Shown: positions 46,501-56,499, counted from the stretch's first letter. The stretch is 64,000 bases of DNA from an uncultured Gammaproteobacteria bacterium (GCA_964538435.1 CAZIDX010000004.1:769-64768), one strand, 5' to 3'. The notes: generated from the letters alone by a model not told the origin. Program-made: numbers and translations.

Positions 46501-49500
46501 TTATTCTTCAGATGGTGGTGGGGCAAGGTCTTTTGGTAGCTCATAGCCCCCAAAGACGCGTTGGACCATTCCTTCTGCAATATCTGTGTTGAAACGGACG
46601 CGCTCGGCAAGTTTTGCATACTCTGGAGTGTTCTGGAGTCCTTCCTCTGCCATGTTCTCGAGTACGCCCCGCTGCTCAAGGGCATAGACCATTTGACGCA
46701 TAACGCGTTCTCCCTGCGTGTTCCAATCGTTGTCGTAGCCTTTGTCTCGGAAGGCTTCGTAGAGCTGGTCCTTTGGCACACCGAACTCGTTTGCAGCATC
46801 TGTCATTTCTGATTTGTTTGCGAAGAAGCCGATGATGCGTGCGGCTGTAACTTCACCTTCATCGTTATAACGGAAACGGATTTTGTTTTCATCTCCCACA
46901 AACTTTTTAAGAGCTTCGGATGATCCTCCCTGTGGTGATTCAGGGGTTGGTGGTGCTTCAACTGGTGGGGGAGGAGTTGGTTGCGGACCTGCTTTTAGGT
47001 TTTGTTGCAGAGTGTCAGGTTTTTCTGGAGCTCCTGCGCTCGCTGTTGAATTCATGTTTTCAGATAGGTTTGCCGATGCTACCACAATGTCGGCGTCAGC
47101 CATGGCTTGCTGCACAATTGGATTTCCTGCGTCAAGGTATCTTCCGTATTCTGCAAGTTCTTGTGCGATTTGTTGTTTGAGAGCCAGAGCTTCACCAGAG
47201 CCACCTTCTCCAACACCCTCTAGCGCACGTAGGGCCTTTTGCATGACAAAGATCTTTGTTGCGCTGTCTTGGATTTGACTTGAGCTTTCAAGAACACTTG
47301 CTTCTGTAGCTTCTTCCCATCCTTCAACAAGAAGACCTTGAGCACTTTCCACAACAGAAGGTTGTGGGTTTTCTAGTAGCGCTTGGAAGTTTTCAATGTG
47401 TGGTCGTCCTGATGCGTCCAGTGTGAAAGAAACTTCACCAACTCCTTCAACGTTTAAGGATTCGATTGGTGGGATTGCATCAGCTTCAGGGTCGAAGTGA
47501 ACAATTTTATCGTAGTGTGTGAAGAATCCTTTGAGTTCTTGGATTGTTTCGCTTTGCTCATCAATGATTCCAAATTGTTTTAACGCATAATAGTGCATTT
47601 CTGCAGTTGAGATTGTTTCCATTGCTTCGGCAGTTTCTAGCAGGTTGTTTTCTTGCAGTGTTTCCAGTAATTGGTGATATCCAGCGAGGTACTCGGCATT
47701 GTGCTGGAAGATTTCAGTGTACTGTCCTGCTAATTCTTGGTGCATTTCAAGCAAGTGCTGAGTTCCTCCATACATTGCTTCGACTTGAGCAAGTTCCTCT
47801 GCAGAGAGTTCGACGTTATCAAGAGCAAGTCCTTCGACAATATCGGTTGAGTCAGATGCGTATTCAAAGTTGATTGAAGATCCGTCTTCTAGGTCGACTG
47901 TTCCGACACCGGTCCCACCTGGGGCTTCGCGTGGGATTTGGGCGATAAGCTGTTCGGTTGGGTTTGGTGGGTTGCCGTGTTCGTAGATAAATCCTTCAGC
48001 GCGAAGTTCGTCCATGCTGAGTACATCTGGTGTATCGGAGCTGATATCAACAAAACCGATATCAAGACCACCTTCGGTTGCGGTTGCAACTACGGATAGA
48101 TTTCCAATGGCTTCTGTGGCTAATCGGGTGTCACCTCCAGTGCGGACAAGTCCTTCTGCACGTGCTGCTGTGAGAGCTTGCTGGTTTGCCCAAGCGTCCA
48201 CATCACCCTCGCCTGAGAATCCAAAACCTTCTGGGTTCGCTTTGAGTTGGGAGGTGATGAGTCCGATGATGCTGTTGTGCTCGGAATCTGCTGCAACGGT
48301 TCCCATTTGGAGTTTTTCAAGATTAAGGCTTGAGCCTTCTGCCGCGTCTGGAGCAACTGTTGCTTCTGTGTTTGTCTCAGGGGAGGCAGGGGTTGCTTCT
48401 TTTGTAATCGCAGCTTCAGTTTCGGGTGCTGGCTCTGCTTCGGTTGGTGCCCCTGTTTCTGTTGCTGCTTCTGCACTGTCTGTGATTTCAGCTTCAGAGT
48501 CGCTTGAGAACAGATCGTTAAACCGCGTGAAGTTTTCAGCTAGGTTGCTCTTGATGGCTTCTGTTGCTCCAAGTTCTTGGAATTTGTCTATTGATTCAGA
48601 AAGGGAGCTTAAAACACCTTCATCCATTGCTTCGGCTCCAGCCAGGAATCCAAGACCAGTGGCTGTGGCAATGGTTCCGAGGGCCTGTGCTCGGTTCATT
48701 GTGCGCTTCAACCCTGTGTCAGCGTTGTCTCCGTATTTGAGTTTTTCGTAGGTCTCTTGAGCGCCGAATACGAACATTTCATTGAAGTAGCTATCTGTTC
48801 GTTTTCCTTCTTCCATTTCAGCAGTGACCTTTTTATGCCTTTCGTAATATTTGAAACCAGCAAGAACACCCACTCGAGCGATGTTGAGGCCAGACATTGC
48901 TAGCATCGAGTTTATGGTTTGCTTGAGAACCTCTGTGTTCTTGATGCGATTATCAATGGCTGTCTGCAGCGCTTCGTCCATTTCTGCGCGCATATTTTCA
49001 CCAGCATCATCGACTTTCTCCCCATAGGTTTCAATAATTTCGTCCAGCTTGGCTTTCATTTCAGCTTTTTTTTCTGGTGTAAGGTGCTTTGATGATTCAA
49101 TCGCTTGAGCAAGAGCGGCTTTTTTCTGTTCAACAGGATTTGGTTTTTCGCCATCCTCTTCAATAACTTCTTGCGCTTTTTCTATTGCATCGAGGATTCG
49201 ATTACGTTCTTTTTTGGTGAAGATTTTTTGAGAAATATATTTTGGGACGTCAACAAAGCCTTTGAGACCGAAAATATGCAAAGGCACAGCCATACCAACC
49301 CCTCCCACAGATAAAACAGCGTCTGTCACTGTTTCTTCAGCGGTTTCTTTTTCTTCCTGTTTTACTTCACCTGTTGCTTCTCTTCGGATGCGTTTTCCAA
49401 TCGCTCGTGCAACGTTCATGAGCTTGTCTCGTGTGCTGGCAGGTGTTTCTTCTGATGGTTCTTCTGCTGGTTGCTCGCCTTCAGGCGAAGGTTCACCCTC

Positions 49501-49617
49501 AGGCGCTGGTTCTGCTTCAGGTTCTGGAGCAGGTTCAGGTTGGTCTTTTTTGGGTTCGGTTGGCGGATCTTGGGCATTCAATTGATCCATGATGTCGTTT
49601 GCTAGTGGATCACTCAT
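46501..49617 (-). CDS. Large hypothetical protein (1038 aa) with Pro/Glu-rich linkers and Gly-rich hydrophobic segments
   Basis: Long uninterrupted ORF; no recognisable catalytic motif. Confidence 0.75.
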   Translation of the reverse strand: MSDPLANDIMDQLNAQDPPTEPKKDQPEPAPEPEAEPAPEGEPSPEGEQPAEEPSEETPASTRDKLMNVARAIGKRIRREATGEVKQEEKETAEETVTDAVLSVGGVGMAVPLHIFGLKGFVDVPKYISQKIFTKKERNRILDAIEKAQEVIEEDGEKPNPVEQKKAALAQAIESSKHLTPEKKAEMKAKLDEIIETYGEKVDDAGENMRAEMDEALQTAIDNRIKNTEVLKQTINSMLAMSGLNIARVGVLAGFKYYERHKKVTAEMEEGKRTDSYFNEMFVFGAQETYEKLKYGDNADTGLKRTMNRAQALGTIATATGLGFLAGAEAMDEGVLSSLSESIDKFQELGATEAIKSNLAENFTRFNDLFSSDSEAEITDSAEAATETGAPTEAEPAPETEAAITKEATPASPETNTEATVAPDAAEGSSLNLEKLQMGTVAADSEHNSIIGLITSQLKANPEGFGFSGEGDVDAWANQQALTAARAEGLVRTGGDTRLATEAIGNLSVVATATEGGLDIGFVDISSDTPDVLSMDELRAEGFIYEHGNPPNPTEQLIAQIPREAPGGTGVGTVDLEDGSSINFEYASDSTDIVEGLALDNVELSAEELAQVEAMYGGTQHLLEMHQELAGQYTEIFQHNAEYLAGYHQLLETLQENNLLETAEAMETISTAEMHYYALKQFGIIDEQSETIQELKGFFTHYDKIVHFDPEADAIPPIESLNVEGVGEVSFTLDASGRPHIENFQALLENPQPSVVESAQGLLVEGWEEATEASVLESSSQIQDSATKIFVMQKALRALEGVGEGGSGEALALKQQIAQELAEYGRYLDAGNPIVQQAMADADIVVASANLSENMNSTASAGAPEKPDTLQQNLKAGPQPTPPPPVEAPPTPESPQGGSSEALKKFVGDENKIRFRYNDEGEVTAARIIGFFANKSEMTDAANEFGVPKDQLYEAFRDKGYDNDWNTQGERVMRQMVYALEQRGVLENMAEEGLQNTPEYAKLAERVRFNTDIAEGMVQRVFGGYELPKDLAPPPSEE

Positions 49618-49934
49618 AGAGTTTCGATAAATTCACGAACTTTATTGATTTGTTCGTTTCTTGTGATTTGATCTGCAAGTTGCAGAGATTGTTTTTGCAT
49701 ATCATGTGCAGCTTCTTTTTCTTGAGCTTCAACTTTTTTTGCAATGTCATCAAAACGTTCAAGAAGTGCAGCAACAATAGCTTGGTCAGCTTCATGCCAA
49801 GCAGCAACAAGTTCACCAAGGTCTTTCTCCAGCTTTGGGTCGTCACTGAGAGAGAGGAGATCAATAATCATGAGTTTTGTCTCACGGTCCAATGAGCCGT
49901 GTTGCAGGGCATCCAGGAGCTTTTGTCTGTTCAT
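49614..49934 (-). CDS. Small helical hypothetical protein
   Basis: 106 aa; 4-nt overlap with the downstream ORF. Confidence 0.65.
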   Translation of the reverse strand: MNRQKLLDALQHGSLDRETKLMIIDLLSLSDDPKLEKDLGELVAAWHEADQAIVAALLERFDDIAKKVEAQEKEAAHDMQKQSLQLADQITRNEQINKVREFIETL

Positions 49935-49937
49935 AGA

Positions 49938-50276
49938 TTAGCTCTCCTCAGCTTTTTTAAGGATGTTTTCAATTTCTTCCATTTCAGAAAGAGCCTGCTT
50001 TTCAATCTCTTTGCGTTGTTCTTGGTACTTTGTTTTGACACGTTCGAGTGTTTCAACAAATTCCTGTGTTTCAATTTGAGTTGCGTCAGCAATGTTTGCC
50101 TCGAGCATGGTAGCGAGCTTGTCTATGAGTTCTGGGGTCATGTCAGGCAGAAGTGCCATGTAGGCATCTTTTACGTCGTCTGGGAGCGATGAGGCAGCCA
50201 TGAGCCAGGCTAGGCGTTCACCTAGTTGTTTTGCCTCCTTTTCAATTTCTTGCTCATTGTTTGTTTGGTCTGTCAT
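49938..50276 (-). CDS. Small acidic helical hypothetical protein
   Basis: Likely start MTDQT at 50276; 3-nt gap to the next gene. Confidence 0.65.
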   Translation of the reverse strand: MTDQTNNEQEIEKEAKQLGERLAWLMAASSLPDDVKDAYMALLPDMTPELIDKLATMLEANIADATQIETQEFVETLERVKTKYQEQRKEIEKQALSEMEEIENILKKAEES

Positions 50277-50325
50277 ACGAAAATATGCTAACTTTGATTC
50301 ACGATATTCATAGTATAGCGTATTT

Positions 50326-51237
50326 ATGCCAGACATTCAGTATCCATATTTACCAGAGGGTAAGACTATTAAGTACACCAGTGCTGACGATCCTTTCATG
50401 ATCGAGGCATCTAAGGTTCGAGATGGTCAAGCGGGTGATACGTTTTTTCCTGTGGGGAGTGTTCTTGTGAAAGATGGGGAGGTTATTGGTCGAGGAGGGA
50501 ATGGGTTTAACAAGGGGCCAGGGCAGCTTCATATTTGTCCTCGGATTGTTATGGATTGTAAGAGTGGAGAAGGGTATGATTTGTGCACGTTTCATGATTC
50601 TCCTGGGCACAGTGAAGCTATGGCTGTGCAGGATGCAATTCATAACGGGAAGGATCCTAGTGGAGCAGATATTTATATGCATGGGCATTGGTGGGCATGT
50701 GAGCCGTGTTGGACGCAGTTTTTGGAAGCTGGAGGGAATGATATTTATGTGCTTGATGATGCGCACGAGCAGTTTACAAAAGAAAAGATGTATGAGAAGG
50801 CCATGACTACGAGTTTGAAGAGTGCTTATGTTGCAGGAGGAATTACGAACATTGAAGATTTTGATGCCAAGGCAAAGTTTTATGAAGAGATTGGAGGTGT
50901 GTGTGATGAGCTTGGGATTGTTTCAAGGATTCCGCATCGAGATAATGCACTCAATGAAGATCGAGATAAGGGGAATTCGCGTGGGGTGTATGATTGGGCG
51001 ACAAAAGAGGCTCAAGACAATTGTGTAACGATTGCTGAGGTGAGTGATCCTTCGCTTGGGACCGGGGGAGAGATTGTGCATGCTGAGCTCTCGGGAAAGC
51101 CGGTTGTGTTGTATTCAAAGAAAGGGGCGAAGGTGTCAAGGTATGTGCTTGGGAATCCGGCGGTTGTGTATCATGTTGAGTATGAGGATTTAGACGATGC
51201 TAAGCGGCAACTTCGGAATGTGCTTCGGTTGATGTAA
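50326..51237 (+). CDS. dCMP-deaminase-like domain fused to nucleoside 2-deoxyribosyltransferase-like (Rcl/DNPH1) domain
   Basis: VGSVLVKDGEVIGRG.N, HSE and WACEPC Zn motifs; C-terminal YVAGGI...PH...IAEVS.PS.GTGGE...GKPV. Confidence 0.8.
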   Translation: MPDIQYPYLPEGKTIKYTSADDPFMIEASKVRDGQAGDTFFPVGSVLVKDGEVIGRGGNGFNKGPGQLHICPRIVMDCKSGEGYDLCTFHDSPGHSEAMAVQDAIHNGKDPSGADIYMHGHWWACEPCWTQFLEAGGNDIYVLDDAHEQFTKEKMYEKAMTTSLKSAYVAGGITNIEDFDAKAKFYEEIGGVCDELGIVSRIPHRDNALNEDRDKGNSRGVYDWATKEAQDNCVTIAEVSDPSLGTGGEIVHAELSGKPVVLYSKKGAKVSRYVLGNPAVVYHVEYEDLDDAKRQLRNVLRLM

Positions 51238-51315
51238 GAAACAAGCAGTGCAAACGCACTGCTTTTTTGATTGTATTCTTTTCCTCCTTCCTTTTCCTCC
51301 CTTCCTTTTTAATTG

Positions 51316-51518
51316 GTTTCGCCTTCGCTCGAACCTTGCTCGGATCTTGCTGCGGGGGTTTGGGGCGGCCACGAGGTCGTAGGTTAAAAACTCGCAGTAA
51401 ATGTTTTTAAACTACGACCTCGAATGGCCGTTTGGCGTCCTGGGCCTATAGGTGGGGTGGTGGGGCTCTGCGACGTGTCGGCACGTCGAGTGCCTCACGT
51501 CGCCATTTCCACGGGGGA
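51316..51518 (+). repeat. Structured repeat family 1, copy C
   Basis: Homologous to copies A and B. Confidence 0.9.
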
Positions 51519-51592
51519 TTCGGTTGTGTAAACAAAGAAGCACCCGGAGACGAGCTGCGGGTGCAACTTGTCTCGCGGGTGCGAGAGGGGGG

Positions 51593-51668
51593 TGGGGCCG
51601 GCTGCGGGACTCGAACCCGGAATCTGCTGATTACAAATCAGCTGCTCTACCAATTGAGCTAAGCCGGC
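51593..51668 (-). tRNA. tRNA-Thr (anticodon TGT)
   Basis: GCCGGCT...GCTGA-TTTGTAA-TCAGC...CCGGGTTCGAGTCCCGC-AGCCGGC-C-CCA; 76 nt; one C:C mismatch in the T-stem. Confidence 0.9.
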
Positions 51669-51683
51669 TGAGTCGTCTTGAGG

Positions 51684-53198
51684 CTACCTCACATCCTTCA
51701 TGATGGGGGTGAAGTAGACAGCCACGACCCGGGGGGTCAGGTAGTGCCCGTCGACTCGGTACAGGACCAGGTCACCCTCGGAGGGGAAGTACCGGTGGTG
51801 TCCGCGCGCCTGCACCATCTTGAGGTGGCCGTGATGGACCAGCATCTGGGTGCCGCCCTTGGGGTGGCGACCTTGCTCGATCGTGCCGTACCAGTAGCCA
51901 GCTTGGTCGAGCCGGTACTCGAGGCTGTCCTCGAGCTGGGGGTGGCTCAGGCCCAAGCGCCTCCAGGCGATGAATGCCGTGGAGATGGTGTTTTCCGTGA
52001 GGGTCGGGGCGACCACTTCGCGGAAGAAGGCTTCACCTTCGCCCTCCAGATCTACCACGAGGCGGAGCAGGAATGAGAACGTGTGCCGTGTCGCGTAGTG
52101 AGGAGTGTGGGCCAGGTCCAGGCGCTTGGCCAGGGCCTTGCGAGTTCTTGCGTCCAGGCGCTTGAGCTCATCCTCGGGGATGCGGTCGAGGCTCTCGAGT
52201 CCCAGGATGGCCTGGGCGATGTGGGCGTCCACGGCCGCGCTGGGCAGTCGACGCTCCATCTGGACCCGTGCACCCATGAGCTTGTTCGGTGCCTTGGATC
52301 CGCAGATGGCCAGGGCGATGGACAGCTCCTGGTTGGTGAGCATGTCCCAGGGCTTGAAGTCGCCGAAGCAGTAGTGCCACTTCTCGGTCTCGGTGTACTT
52401 GCGCAGGTTCATGGTGAACGGCTCGTTCTGATGCGTGTAGCCGTCACCAGCCTTGAGCGAGGTCAGGCATGCGAGTACTTCCTGGTGGATCAGGTCGAAC
52501 CCGTGGGTGGGATCGGACAGGATGCGGTTGTAGAGGTCGCTTCCGCGGCTGACTGCGATTCCGAGGGAGTGCAGGGTGCTGCGGATGGGGGCGCTGTGGC
52601 GGTCGCCGATGCCGTACTCGATGAAGTCGTGCACATCGTTGGCCATGCCATGCCGAACCTGGGTGCGGCGCAGGCGCTCGATGATGGCCTGGGCGATCAC
52701 CTGACGGGTGACACCAGCCATGATGGCAGCATTGATCCAGCCGTTGTTCCACGAGCCGAAGCGCGGGTACAGCTCGTGGATGAACCGCTCGCGCCACTGG
52801 GGCGAGAGCAGGGTCAGGAGCTCTGCGGACTGGATGAAGCCCTGGAAGAACCAGTGCGGTAGGGACAGGAGCGGGGACTCGAAGTCCGTCTGCGCGGCCT
52901 TCTGCTCGCATGCGGTGTCGTACGCGTGCAGTGCGGCCTGCATGAACAGGTCTGCGTCCCCCACGATTTCGGTGAACTTGGTCGGGTTGGCCATGATCCA
53001 GGGCATGCCTGCAGACTGCGGGATCACTTCGTATCCACAGTCATCGACCAGGAGTGCGAAGCTGAGCATGTCCTCGGGCTTGGCCGTGCCGTCTTCGATC
53101 TTCGCCAGGATGGCGTCACGGGCTGCGTTCAGGCGGTCGTAGGACTCGCCGCGGCCACTGATCCACTGGTGGGTCACGTTCTGGGTCTCGATCTGCAT
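51684..53198 (-). CDS. GC-rich hypothetical protein (~504 aa)
   Basis: ATG 53198 after GGAGG; promoter TTGACA(53359)-17-TATATT; codon usage visibly more GC-rich than neighbours. Confidence 0.75.
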   Translation of the reverse strand: MQIETQNVTHQWISGRGESYDRLNAARDAILAKIEDGTAKPEDMLSFALLVDDCGYEVIPQSAGMPWIMANPTKFTEIVGDADLFMQAALHAYDTACEQKAAQTDFESPLLSLPHWFFQGFIQSAELLTLLSPQWRERFIHELYPRFGSWNNGWINAAIMAGVTRQVIAQAIIERLRRTQVRHGMANDVHDFIEYGIGDRHSAPIRSTLHSLGIAVSRGSDLYNRILSDPTHGFDLIHQEVLACLTSLKAGDGYTHQNEPFTMNLRKYTETEKWHYCFGDFKPWDMLTNQELSIALAICGSKAPNKLMGARVQMERRLPSAAVDAHIAQAILGLESLDRIPEDELKRLDARTRKALAKRLDLAHTPHYATRHTFSFLLRLVVDLEGEGEAFFREVVAPTLTENTISTAFIAWRRLGLSHPQLEDSLEYRLDQAGYWYGTIEQGRHPKGGTQMLVHHGHLKMVQARGHHRYFPSEGDLVLYRVDGHYLTPRVVAVYFTPIMKDVR

Positions 53199-53476
53199 TT
53201 GTCTTCCTCCGATCGGGTGTCTTTCTTTGACATTGCCGAGTGAGGTCTTTCTGGGAACCGCCCAGAACGGAGCCAAAAGGCTTGTAGGAATGAAAGGAGC
53301 ATGCGCACATTTGTTGTGCGCGAACGGAGAAATATATCATAAAATAGGTGTTTTGTCAATCCATTTAGACAAAAAGTAGGTCTATAATAGTCATTTTTGT
53401 AAAAGTGACTCAAAACTCTCACCATGGTGAGGTTTTTGAAACCTTTGAAATTGAAAAGATCCGCTTTGTTGCGGAT

Positions 53477-54307
53477 CTAGAGGCTCAGGCCGGGTTTGGT
53501 TGAGCATTCGTAGAGAAAGCCTTCGTAGGCCTGGTTGACGAGTTGTATCCAGCCGCCATCGCGGGGGATGCGGCTGAGGTCTGGCATTGGATTTGTTTTT
53601 ACACGTCGAGGGCGTACGTGGGTGTGTGCGACGATTTGGAGTCGGAGTTTGTCCGGTCTTTGAGGGTCGCGATCCATGATGCGAGCTGTGATCAGCAGAA
53701 GTCTCATCTCAACGCCGATGACCGCACCTTCTGGTCCGTAGACTTCGGTGGCGGCGTAGATTGCTCCGTGTGCGGCTTTGGTTGAGTAGAGTCGCTTGCT
53801 TGGAGCGAAGTTGCCATGCTCGTCCTGGTTGATGATTGCGATCGGGTCCAGGGGACTGGTGTTTCGTTTGCACCAGACCGCGTAGCAGTCGCGCAGACCG
53901 TTGTTGAACGAGTCTGGGAGTTGTAGCTCGCGTTCGTCTGTGGTGCGGTGTCGCCTGTTGTACTGCCGGCGTCCGCTGCTCAGGATCGAGACAAGATAGG
54001 CTTTTGCACGCTCTCGCTCGGCTTTCTCACAAATGTGATGCCAAGCGAGTCTGTCTGCTGAGCGCATGGAAGCAATGCCATGCTGGAGCAGGTTCGTGCT
54101 TGTAGAGTTTTTCCACTGGCCCGGGATCGTGACATAGTGCCGGTCACGTCCCATTTTAGGTTGAATCAGCTCAGCCGAGGGGGTCTTGGTTGTCTGACAC
54201 AGTTCAAGATGTTTGCGTGCAGCAGCTTCGGAGTCGAATCCGAGTGCGGGTGTGATCAGGGACGTTGTGTCCTGTGTGCTCATCAGTCCAGGAAAAGGCG
54301 CAGTCAT
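53477..54307 (-). CDS. Hypothetical protein
   Basis: ORF with GAGG before ATG 54307 (alternative start 54322); TTGACA(54374)-17-TAAATT. Confidence 0.6.
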   Translation of the reverse strand: MTAPFPGLMSTQDTTSLITPALGFDSEAAARKHLELCQTTKTPSAELIQPKMGRDRHYVTIPGQWKNSTSTNLLQHGIASMRSADRLAWHHICEKAERERAKAYLVSILSSGRRQYNRRHRTTDERELQLPDSFNNGLRDCYAVWCKRNTSPLDPIAIINQDEHGNFAPSKRLYSTKAAHGAIYAATEVYGPEGAVIGVEMRLLLITARIMDRDPQRPDKLRLQIVAHTHVRPRRVKTNPMPDLSRIPRDGGWIQLVNQAYEGFLYECSTKPGLSL

Positions 54308-54404
54308 TGCATCCTCGTACATTGGGCGTCATCGCCGGGAGCTGGAATTTACTGGACAGAGCGTGTTTTGTCAATCAAAAAGCAGCTCTTGTGAGCTCCT
54401 TTGT

Positions 54405-55061
54405 TTAGATTTTGAACTGATCTTTAAGATCGGTTAGTTTTCCGCTGATGAGCAGCTCGCGCTCGTCGTCTTTGTCTAGTTTGAACGACGGAGAGCCTGA
54501 GTCTGTGTATTTGGCTGCGCTCATGCCGTGAAGGTTGGCCTCTTCTGGAGTGAGGGATTCGTTCAGCTCTTGGAAGATTACCTGGCAGACGCGCTCGCCT
54601 GGATAGATACGGATGACTTGATCGCCTGCTTCGTTTTTCATTGGGAAGATCAGGTGTCCTTTGTAGCCTGTGTCAATGATTCCTGAGAGTGAAAGGTTGA
54701 TTCCGCGGCGGTTTGTGCTGGTGCGAGGAAAGAGGATGGCCATGAGGTTCATGGCGTTGATCTCGATGCGCTCAAGGCTGGTTGCGATTACGAACTCGTT
54801 AGGGAGAAGGTCAAAGTATTGGCCAGGTTGGAGTTGGACTTCGTCGAATTGTTCGCGGTGTGCGTCAACATCGTCGATGGCTACGTTGATAGCTCGTCGT
54901 CCTTTTTCATCCACTGTCCAGTTGCGGGGGATGAGGAACTTGTAGCCGAGGCGTAGGTCAAGGGCGTGTGGTTGGATTTGAAACTTGTCGAGTTCTGGCT
55001 CAAAGACAAGGTCTTTGTCCTCGATGGATTTGATGATTTGTGATCGTGTAAGTATTCCCAT
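54405..55061 (-). CDS. dcd: dCTP deaminase
   Basis: QIQPHALDLRLG, RTSTNRRG, IIDTGYKG, IYPGERVCQ. Confidence 0.9.
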   Translation of the reverse strand: MGILTRSQIIKSIEDKDLVFEPELDKFQIQPHALDLRLGYKFLIPRNWTVDEKGRRAINVAIDDVDAHREQFDEVQLQPGQYFDLLPNEFVIATSLERIEINAMNLMAILFPRTSTNRRGINLSLSGIIDTGYKGHLIFPMKNEAGDQVIRIYPGERVCQVIFQELNESLTPEEANLHGMSAAKYTDSGSPSFKLDKDDERELLISGKLTDLKDQFKI

Positions 55062-55119
55062 AGTGCTACTACGTTGCCATATTTTTGGGTATTAGAAAAG
55101 GCCCGGACGAATCCGTGGC

Positions 55120-55671
55120 CTAGCGTGGGGTGACCATGTCTTGGAGTTGCCAGAGGCAAGTATCTCGCAGTGCGTAGTCTTCGTCTGTGAGGGAGCCGCG
55201 ATGCCACTTAGCCAGAGCCAGCCAGCACTTCATGGCGTCGCTGGCGCGATTGCATCGAAGTGCCAGGTAAGTGGCCATGCGCAGTGTCCCTTTAGGAAAT
55301 CGAGTGCGAGTTGCAACTGGAGGGATCTTTTCGACCACCTCCCAGGCAGCATTGTCTCGTCCGAGGATTACGAGTGCCCAGGCGCCGTGGGCGTAGCGGT
55401 TGAGGATATTTTCGCCGTAGAAGCAGAACGGCGCTCCGTCAAGGATGCGACTTGCTAGGACAGCGTTAGGATTCTCGTCGCAGAGCCAGATTCGAGGGAG
55501 ATCAGCAAGGGATTCTGGTGATGGCTTCATGCCCTGAAGAGCCAGGGCAAGGATGCCATCGATCTTTTCTGGTTGATCGAAGACGAGAGTTTCGTTGATC
55601 CAGCTGCGCGGGGGCGGCTTTGTGACGTCCATGGCGTTGGGGTATTGCTTTGGTTCGTTTGTGACTACCAC
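55120..55671 (-). CDS. Hypothetical protein
   Basis: GTG after GGAGG; TTGACA(55725)-17-TATCCT. Confidence 0.55.
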   Translation of the reverse strand: MVVTNEPKQYPNAMDVTKPPPRSWINETLVFDQPEKIDGILALALQGMKPSPESLADLPRIWLCDENPNAVLASRILDGAPFCFYGENILNRYAHGAWALVILGRDNAAWEVVEKIPPVATRTRFPKGTLRMATYLALRCNRASDAMKCWLALAKWHRGSLTDEDYALRDTCLWQLQDMVTPR

Positions 55672-55763
55672 GTTTCCTCCCAAATGGCTTCAGTGGAGGA
55701 TAGATAAAAACGGTCTTTTTGTCAACCAAAAAACCCGCTTTGCAGCGAGTTTTTCATTTTGGT

Positions 55764-56444
55764 TTATGCTCCAGCGTTGATCTTGATTCCAGGGCCGATT
55801 GTAGATGAAATACTTGCGCCCTTGATGTAGATTCCTTTTGCACCTGCTGGCTTGAGACGCTTGATTTGATCTAGAAGCGCTTCAAGGTTCTGTGCGAGCT
55901 GTTCTTCTGTGAATGATGCTCGTCCAAAGACTTGGTGAATGTTTCCTGTGTTGTCGTTTTTGAAACTCTCTTTACCAGCCTTTTGATCCTCAACCATTTT
56001 CTTTACGTTTGGTCCTACAGTGTCAGACTTTGGGTTTGGCATGAGTCCGCGAGGTCCGAGGAAGCGCGCAAGCTTTGCGAGCTTTGGCATCATGGTTGGA
56101 GTTGCAACAGCGACATCAAAGTCAATGTTTCCTTTTTGAGCAATTTCTTGGATGAGCTCTTCGTTTCCAACGAGGTCTGCTCCAGCTTCCTTTGCCTCTG
56201 CTTCCTTTTCAGGTTCTACGAATGCAGCAACGCGCTTTGTTTTTCCTGTTCCGTGTGGAAGAGAAATGGTTCCGCGTACTTGCTGATCAGACTTTGAAGG
56301 GTTGATTCCTAGTTTTACGTGAAGCTCGATTGCCTCGTCATACTTTGCGGTTGCAAGCTTCTTTGAAAGTGTAAGCGCTTCTGGGATCTCGTAGATCTTG
56401 TCTTTGTCTACTTGAGATCGCGCTTCTGTCATTCTTTTTGTCAT
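55764..56444 (-). CDS. rplA: 50S ribosomal protein L1
   Basis: DQQVRG..SLPHGTGK, LGPRGLMPNPK. Confidence 0.98.
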   Translation of the reverse strand: MTKRMTEARSQVDKDKIYEIPEALTLSKKLATAKYDEAIELHVKLGINPSKSDQQVRGTISLPHGTGKTKRVAAFVEPEKEAEAKEAGADLVGNEELIQEIAQKGNIDFDVAVATPTMMPKLAKLARFLGPRGLMPNPKSDTVGPNVKKMVEDQKAGKESFKNDNTGNIHQVFGRASFTEEQLAQNLEALLDQIKRLKPAGAKGIYIKGASISSTIGPGIKINAGA

Positions 56445-56456
56445 AGTGTTCTATTA

Positions 56457-56491
56457 GTGGTCTAGCGCCATGCCAGTGGCAGAGCTCCCAC
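56457..56491 (-). promoter_or_regulatory. Ribosomal protein L1 autoregulatory binding site
   Basis: Minus strand GTGGGAG...GACCAC hairpin between rplK and rplA matches the L1-binding site consensus. Confidence 0.75.
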
Positions 56492-56499
56492 GATTTAGA

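Noticed and set aside
6533-51518. Integron or CRISPR interpretation of the dispersed repeats
   Set aside because: Copies are kilobases apart, not tandem; no integrase in the window; canonical attC RYYYAAC/GTTRRRY ends not evident
52083-52862. 259-aa + strand ORF and other overlapping ORFs in the GC-rich region
   Set aside because: Antisense shadows expected from GC-rich codon usage; the minus-strand ORF has the SD and promoter
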